A stretch of 32,000 nt of DNA from Maribacter forsetii DSM 18668 (GTDB lineage: Bacteria; Bacteroidota; Bacteroidia; Flavobacteriales; Flavobacteriaceae), in contig NZ_JQLH01000001.1 of the NCBI RefSeq assembly GCF_000744105.1, positions 3,637,964 to 3,669,963 on the forward strand, in the 5' to 3' direction. A program made the position numbers and the translations under genes. Every line of letters starts with the position of its first letter. Within the stretch, counting starts at the first letter, position 1. Below are positions 27,116-32,000 of this stretch, piece by piece. The notes below the pieces were generated by a model, which worked only from the letters and a program-made list of their open reading frames with translations, did no database searches and had not been told where the DNA came from.

Positions 27116-27751
27116 ATGGACTACCTATCCCCTACCTATTTTTTTGATTATGAAAGTGACGAGATACAAGATTTAGTATCAGATTTTAAAAACACTTCAC
27201 TTTCCGAGAAAGAAATTACTATCGCACTTTACAACAAAGTACGCGATACATGGCGATATGACCCATATAGCTTAAGCTTCAACAAAGAAAAATACCGAGC
27301 CAGTGAAATTGTAAAACGCCCAAAGGGTCACTGTATCGATAAGTCTATCATTTTAATCGCAGGACTTCGTGCCCTTGGTATACCCGCTAGAATTCATTTG
27401 GCGAAAGTTAAAAACCATATTGGCGTAGAACGATTAATAGAGAAATTTGGCTCAAACGAACTTACGCCCCACGGTATGGTAGATGCATATATTAACGATA
27501 AATGGCTGAAGCTATCCCCTACATTCAATGCATCGTTATGTGAAATGCTTCATGTTGCTCCTTTAGATTTTGATGGTGAAAATGATGCTGTTTTACAGGA
27601 GTTCAGTGCAGACGGAACGCAATTTATGGAGTACCTGGAAGACTACGGTCACTTTGAAGATGTACCTATGGAATTTATGGAACGGAATGCACGCGAGCAC
27701 TACCCCAATATTTTTGATACCGGAACTAACCAGACGGAGTTTCAGTTGTAG
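27116..27751 (+). CDS. transglutaminase-like cysteine protease-fold protein
   Basis: 211 aa. The candidate catalytic Cys context is RPKGHCIDKSIIL, with a downstream His (TPHGMVDAY), as in the transglutaminase-core family. Confidence 0.7.
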   Translation: MDYLSPTYFFDYESDEIQDLVSDFKNTSLSEKEITIALYNKVRDTWRYDPYSLSFNKEKYRASEIVKRPKGHCIDKSIILIAGLRALGIPARIHLAKVKNHIGVERLIEKFGSNELTPHGMVDAYINDKWLKLSPTFNASLCEMLHVAPLDFDGENDAVLQEFSADGTQFMEYLEDYGHFEDVPMEFMERNAREHYPNIFDTGTNQTEFQL

Positions 27752-27820
27752 GTTTTAACAAACTTTAATATTCAAAATTTCACCAATCTACTTTACAGAT
27801 TATTTTTTATAGTACATTCG

Positions 27821-28426
27821 ATGGAAAATACAATTCCCTTGAAAAAATTCATATTTACTTTATTCATAGCATTTTCATCTTCATTGGTATTTGCTCAAGA
27901 ACCAATGGCATGGACGCCAGATTACGAATTACAATTGAGTGACTACCAATCTCCAGAATCGGAAATTGACTCTACGCTTACCTCCTATTCTATCTATTCA
28001 GGTGCTAAAATTGATTTTAGTTTTAACATGAATTCGGTCTCTTTCATGTTTACCAAAAACTTCAACGACAAAGTAAAAGCTATTTTTCAAAAAAACCTGG
28101 CTGTTTTGGTTGCCCCAGATTCGTTGACCGCAAATCAGCTACTACAATTCGGACGGTACGATTTTGATTTGGTAGAGCTGTATTCTAGAAAAATTCGCAA
28201 GAAAATTTACGAGGAAAAAGGTGCTTTTAGCGACGCTAGTTTATTTCAACCTATTTTCAATGAGCTACAAGAGGAAATGAACACTGTAAGTGCTCAAGTC
28301 TTCAAAGCCACCGATTTTGGGAAAGATGCCGAATTACTTCAAAAAGAACATAACAAGGTGATTGATGAAATCAATGCCCTTTCCGATTTTTGCATGACCT
28401 GTAAGCCGAAGAAGAATAGGAAGTAG
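27821..28426 (+). CDS. secreted hypothetical protein
   Basis: 201 aa. Has the signal peptide MENTIPLKKFIFTLFIAFSSSLVFA|QEP. No family recognised. The stop TAG (28424-28426) abuts a tandem array. Confidence 0.65.
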   Translation: MENTIPLKKFIFTLFIAFSSSLVFAQEPMAWTPDYELQLSDYQSPESEIDSTLTSYSIYSGAKIDFSFNMNSVSFMFTKNFNDKVKAIFQKNLAVLVAPDSLTANQLLQFGRYDFDLVELYSRKIRKKIYEEKGAFSDASLFQPIFNELQEEMNTVSAQVFKATDFGKDAELLQKEHNKVIDEINALSDFCMTCKPKKNRK

Positions 28427-28571
28427 TTGTTCGTTGATGGTTGTTCGTTGATGGTTGTTCGTTGATGGTTGTTCGTTGATGGTTGTTCGTTGATGGTTGT
28501 TCGTTGATGGTTGTTCGTTGATGGTTGTTCGTTGATGGTTGTTCGTTGATGGTTGTTCGTTGATGGTTGTT
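28426..28571. repeat. 14-bp tandem repeat (GTTGTTCGTTGATG) x10 plus a partial unit
   Basis: Ten perfect units span 28426-28565, then gttgtt. Each unit is two related heptamers (GTTGTTC + GTTGATG). The first base is the G of the upstream TAG stop codon. Confidence 0.95.
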
Positions 28572-28653
28572 TAAACGCTTCGCGTTTTTTGTATTAAGTA
28601 TTAAGCCGTTCTCAGAAACTCCAAATTTTGATTTTCTTTAATTAGTCTTTTTA

Positions 28654-29117
28654 AAAACGAAATGTCAGTTCGAGTGAATTTTCGAAGCATGAGAAAATTT
28701 GTATCGAGAACCTATCGTGTTCCTAACCTGTTCTCGATACAATTTTATGCTTCCGCTATGCTACATCATAAAACCACTCGAACTGACATTGTTAATATAA
28801 AGACCACAGATTGCCACGTCGCGAAAAATTCCTAGCAATGACGTTTACTTTTTGCTTAAGACTCTTTACCATAGCAAAACGTATTGTCAGTTCGAGTGAA
28901 TTTTCGAAGTATGAGAAAATTTGCCTGCCTGCCGATGTGTAGGTATCAAGAACCTATCGTGTTCCTAACCTGTTCTCGATACACTTTTATGCTTCCGCTA
29001 TGCTACATCATAAAACCAATCGAACTGACAATGTTAATATAAAGACCACAGGTTACCACGTCGCGAAAAATTCCTAGCAATGACGTTTACTTTTTACTTA
29101 ATACTTTGTACCTAATA
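28654..29117. repeat. tandem duplication (~222 bp + ~242 bp units), each carrying a long-hairpin element
   Basis: Unit 1 spans 28654-28875, with its hairpin at 28663-28788. Unit 2 spans 28876 to about 29117, with its hairpin at 28885-29030. The units are near-identical except for a roughly 20-bp insertion (gcctgcctgccgatgtgtagg) and point changes in unit 2. Both end with attgccacgtcgcgaaaaattcctagcaatgacg-type modules. Confidence 0.85.
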
Positions 29118-29233
29118 CTTTTTACTCATTACCTCCCAACACAACTCAGCACCTAAAACTTACAATTGAGTAACTTAACTTATTTTCTAAGCAAAAATTC
29201 CCCCATCTTTGAGTAACATAAAACCAACCGACC

Positions 29234-29893
29234 ATGGAGAGCATCATTACAATATTCATTTACATACACGCCTTTTTTGGTGGTGTGGGACTTATTACCG
29301 GCATAGCAAGTATTGTTGTAAAAAAAGGACTGCTAAACCATAAACGGTTGGGCAAATGGTTTTCTTGGTCTATGATTATAAGCTCTGCTATTTCTTTAGT
29401 GGTGGCTAGAATGCCCAATCACATCAATACTTTTTTATTCCTGATCGGTATTTTTACTATTTACATGATACTGGCAGGTAATAGAGCGCTTACCTTTAAA
29501 TCGACCAAAAAAACAAAAGCGAACTTGACCGATATTTTAGTTTCAGCAATTATGGCTGTTTGCGCACTATTAATGATCGGCTTTGGTACTACCGGACTTA
29601 TACAAGGTTATTCTCACAGTATCCTATATCTAGTATTTGGTCTAACCGGTCTCTTTTTAACCTTTGGCGATTACAAACTATTTAAGACCACGTTAGAAAA
29701 CAGAAAACTTTGGCTCATAAATCACCTAAGCAGAATGTTAGGTGCTCTAATAGCCTCTGTTACTGCATTTATAGTTGCAGGTATGCACCAAGATAATCTT
29801 TGGGCATGGCTTACCCCATCCGTATTAGGAACTGCCTATATTATTTACTGGATTAAAAAAACAAAAGGAAAAAAGAAGTTGAAAACTGCTTAG
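29234..29893 (+). CDS. hypothetical integral membrane protein (about 6 TM)
   Basis: 219 aa with six hydrophobic segments and a Lys-rich C-terminus. No family recognised. Confidence 0.7.
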   Translation: MESIITIFIYIHAFFGGVGLITGIASIVVKKGLLNHKRLGKWFSWSMIISSAISLVVARMPNHINTFLFLIGIFTIYMILAGNRALTFKSTKKTKANLTDILVSAIMAVCALLMIGFGTTGLIQGYSHSILYLVFGLTGLFLTFGDYKLFKTTLENRKLWLINHLSRMLGALIASVTAFIVAGMHQDNLWAWLTPSVLGTAYIIYWIKKTKGKKKLKTA

Positions 29894-30231
29894 CCTTGAT
29901 CTTTAAGATTTAGGTTTTCTGCGAAGTAATCACAGAAATCTTTCATGGTAGCTGTCATTTTTTCGTCTTGTGTTGCCTTTAAAAAAGTATCTGACAAAGA
30001 AACCAAGGTTTGGTGAAAGAATGTTTTCATCTCATCTACCGGCATATCTTTAGTCCACAAGTCAATCTTTAACGACTCTTGGTTCTTGCTATCCCAAACG
30101 GACAATAACATTGCCTTTGCGGCTTCATTCTCTATACCACCGTCTTGTGCAGACCAGTTTAATGTTTCCGGAATTCTATTTTCATCTAATCCTACGCGCA
30201 GTGTAATTTCTGAAGTATGTAAATCTGCCAT
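29890..30231 (-). CDS. gldC: gliding motility protein GldC
   Basis: 113 aa. The pattern …IPETLNWSAQDGGIENEAAKAMLLSVWDSKNQESLKIDLWTKDMPVDEMKTFFHQTL… matches my memory of the GldC family. It lies immediately downstream of a GldB-like lipoprotein gene, as in Flavobacterium johnsoniae. Confidence 0.8.
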   Translation of the reverse strand: MADLHTSEITLRVGLDENRIPETLNWSAQDGGIENEAAKAMLLSVWDSKNQESLKIDLWTKDMPVDEMKTFFHQTLVSLSDTFLKATQDEKMTATMKDFCDYFAENLNLKDQG

Positions 30232-31230
30232 CTAATTTCTCGGTTTGTAATTTGATTTCTTAAATATTTCATCTGCAGGCATTGGCATTAACTGCATCAT
30301 GCTTACGTCATTGTTTTCCATAAAGGCACGTACTATTTGCCAGCCTATATAACGACCTAACCTTCCTGGTGACTCATTGTCCAACTCTAATCCAAATTTA
30401 GAAAAGGGTGCTGGTTCTAAAAATCGTTGATTTAATTTGTTGTCGGTGCTATATAGATATTCGTTCTCTATAAAATTTCTCCACATAGGCTCTTCATTTG
30501 CTATAGCCCAGTCTATTTCTTCTTGAGAATACCCTATTTTTTTTCCATCGCTAGCCATGGACATTAGTTTATCCTTAAGGTATAGTTCTTTTCCAAAATA
30601 AATCATACGGGCAAGGTATGTGCGGTCTCTAGGTCTTGGTACAACCTGCTTGGCAAATGCGCTTGCAACATCACTAACTAGATAATTGCGATCTAAGGAT
30701 TGTGCTATGTAACGCTGAAAACCACCATAATACTTATGCTCAGACCCCAAGTAATTATCAAGGCTAATGAACAACAAACTATCCGTTAAAATAATTCTGT
30801 TATTATAATCAACATCATTGGTCACTGTTATTACCTTAGGAACTTTATACTGCGGAAAATAGTATTTAACATGTTTAAACAACTGAACCAAACCTTCTTC
30901 TTCATCTTCAAAACTGCGGAATGCGTTGCCCACTTCTTGAAATAATTCTATTTGAAGGGAATCTTCCATTTTTGCGATCCAAACACTATCTGGTGCCGGA
31001 AACAAATACGGATACATTTTACGTAAACTAGGCAAACCTTTTTCACCAGAAGCGGCAAACTCACGATCAAATCGAGAAATTTTAAGATCCATAGGTATAG
31101 CGGCAATCTCTTCTGCTACCTTATCACTATCATTACAGCTAGAAAGAATGAAAAAAACTGATAATAGCATAAAAATAGGTTTGACCTTGGCAAGTATTTT
31201 ACAATACATTTTATTATTTACAGTGTTCAA
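30232..31230 (-). CDS. gldB: gliding motility lipoprotein GldB
   Basis: 332 aa. Has a lipoprotein signal with lipobox LSSC. The size and its adjacency to gldC fit GldB. The start may be the internal Met at 31209. Confidence 0.7.
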   Translation of the reverse strand: MNTVNNKMYCKILAKVKPIFMLLSVFFILSSCNDSDKVAEEIAAIPMDLKISRFDREFAASGEKGLPSLRKMYPYLFPAPDSVWIAKMEDSLQIELFQEVGNAFRSFEDEEEGLVQLFKHVKYYFPQYKVPKVITVTNDVDYNNRIILTDSLLFISLDNYLGSEHKYYGGFQRYIAQSLDRNYLVSDVASAFAKQVVPRPRDRTYLARMIYFGKELYLKDKLMSMASDGKKIGYSQEEIDWAIANEEPMWRNFIENEYLYSTDNKLNQRFLEPAPFSKFGLELDNESPGRLGRYIGWQIVRAFMENNDVSMMQLMPMPADEIFKKSNYKPRN

Positions 31231-31279
31231 CTTATTTTTAGGGCAAAGTTAATTGATTTTACTAAATAATTAGAGCGGT

Positions 31280-32000
31280 ATGCAAACGGAAAAGGTAATT
31301 GAGCACATTGTTAAATGGTTAAAAGATTATGCTACAAATGCAAAACAGAAAGGTTTTGTCATTGGTATATCTGGCGGAATTGATTCTGCGGTTACCTCTA
31401 CCCTCTGTGCAAAGACCGGTTTAGAGCTACTTTGCCTTGAGATGCCAATTCACCAAGCAGAGAACCAAAGTGACCGTGCCTCTAGACATATTGATTGGCT
31501 GACCGCTAATTTTCCGAATGTGAAAAGACAACCGGTAAACCTTACACCTGTATTCGATAGTTTAGTGGATGCACTACCTAGTGTTGACAATGAAGAGGAC
31601 AGATTTATGTCTTTGGCCAATACAAGAGCTCGTTTACGCATGACCAGTTTATACTATTTCGCAGCCCTAGAAAGATATCTGGTAGCGGGAACGGGAAATA
31701 AAGTGGAGGACTTTGGAGTAGGATTTTACACCAAATACGGTGACGGCGGTGTAGATTTAAGCCCGATCGCTGATTTAATGAAGACCGAAGTGTATGCAAT
31801 TGCCAAGGTATTAGGTGTAAACGAAGAAATTATTGGTGCTGCACCAACTGACGGATTGTGGGGCGATGACAGAACAGATGAAGATCAGATAGGTGCCTCT
31901 TACCCCGAGCTAGAATGGGCAATGAACATGAAAGACGAGGGTAAAACAATTGATGATTTTGAAGGAAGAAAAAAGGAAGTTTATACTATCTTTATGCGAC
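31280..32000 (+). CDS. nadE: NH3-dependent NAD+ synthetase (C-terminus beyond the right edge)
   Basis: Absent from the ORF track because there is no stop in the window. My translation from ATG 31280 reads MQTEKVIEHIVKWLKDYA…GFVIGISGGIDSAV (PP-loop SGGxDS) …NTRARLRM…GTGNKVEDFGVGFYTKYGDGGVDLSPI. Confidence 0.9.
   Translation, partial: MQTEKVIEHIVKWLKDYATNAKQKGFVIGISGGIDSAVTSTLCAKTGLELLCLEMPIHQAENQSDRASRHIDWLTANFPNVKRQPVNLTPVFDSLVDALPSVDNEEDRFMSLANTRARLRMTSLYYFAALERYLVAGTGNKVEDFGVGFYTKYGDGGVDLSPIADLMKTEVYAIAKVLGVNEEIIGAAPTDGLWGDDRTDEDQIGASYPELEWAMNMKDEGKTIDDFEGRKKEVYTIFMR

Noticed and set aside
26769-28571. Possibility that the tandem arrays (26769-26842 and 28426-28571) are CRISPR arrays
   Set aside because: The units are 7 and 14 bp and directly abut one another with no spacers. 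No cas genes are present in the window.

Overview
The window is a Flavobacteriia-type (Bacteroidota) chromosome segment. This placement is an inference from the gldB/gldC gliding genes, a dcw cluster without murF/ddl, and a TAnnTTTG-type promoter box.

Layout:
- 1-13.4 kb, minus strand: a complete, tightly coupled dcw cell-wall/division operon, mraZ-rsmH-ftsL-ftsI-murE-mraY-murD-ftsW-murG-murC-ftsQ-ftsA. Phased GTGG (MraZ-type) boxes lie upstream of it.
- 13.4-14.8 kb, plus strand: an alpha/beta hydrolase and engB.
- 14.83-15.72 kb: about 0.9 kb of gene-free mosaic repeats.
- About 16.1-21.5 kb: a conspicuously AT-rich accessory island. It has two modules.
  - A TIR protein, a ThsB-like TIR-like protein and a 2TM + Macro-like effector. 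This Thoeris type II-like cassette is my main candidate system.
  - A membrane coiled-coil protein, a coiled-coil NERD nuclease-like protein and a DUF2750-like protein. This is an uncharacterised candidate module.
- 21.5-32 kb: ordinary genes. These are a LytS/LytTR two-component pair, a metallophosphoesterase, a P-loop kinase-like protein, an M90-like peptidase, a cupin plus group III truncated globin pair, a transglutaminase-like protein, a secreted protein, a membrane protein, gldC, gldB and a partial nadE.

Three intergenic regions (14.83-15.72, 26.70-27.0 and 28.42-29.15 kb) carry one shuffled repeat family. Its modules are heptamer-periodic satellites that start exactly at TAG stop codons, a small hairpin followed by a T-run, and 126-146 bp long-hairpin elements.

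I could not recognise any rRNA, tRNA, CRISPR array, integrase or transposase. All protein family calls come from reading motifs by eye, not from database searches.
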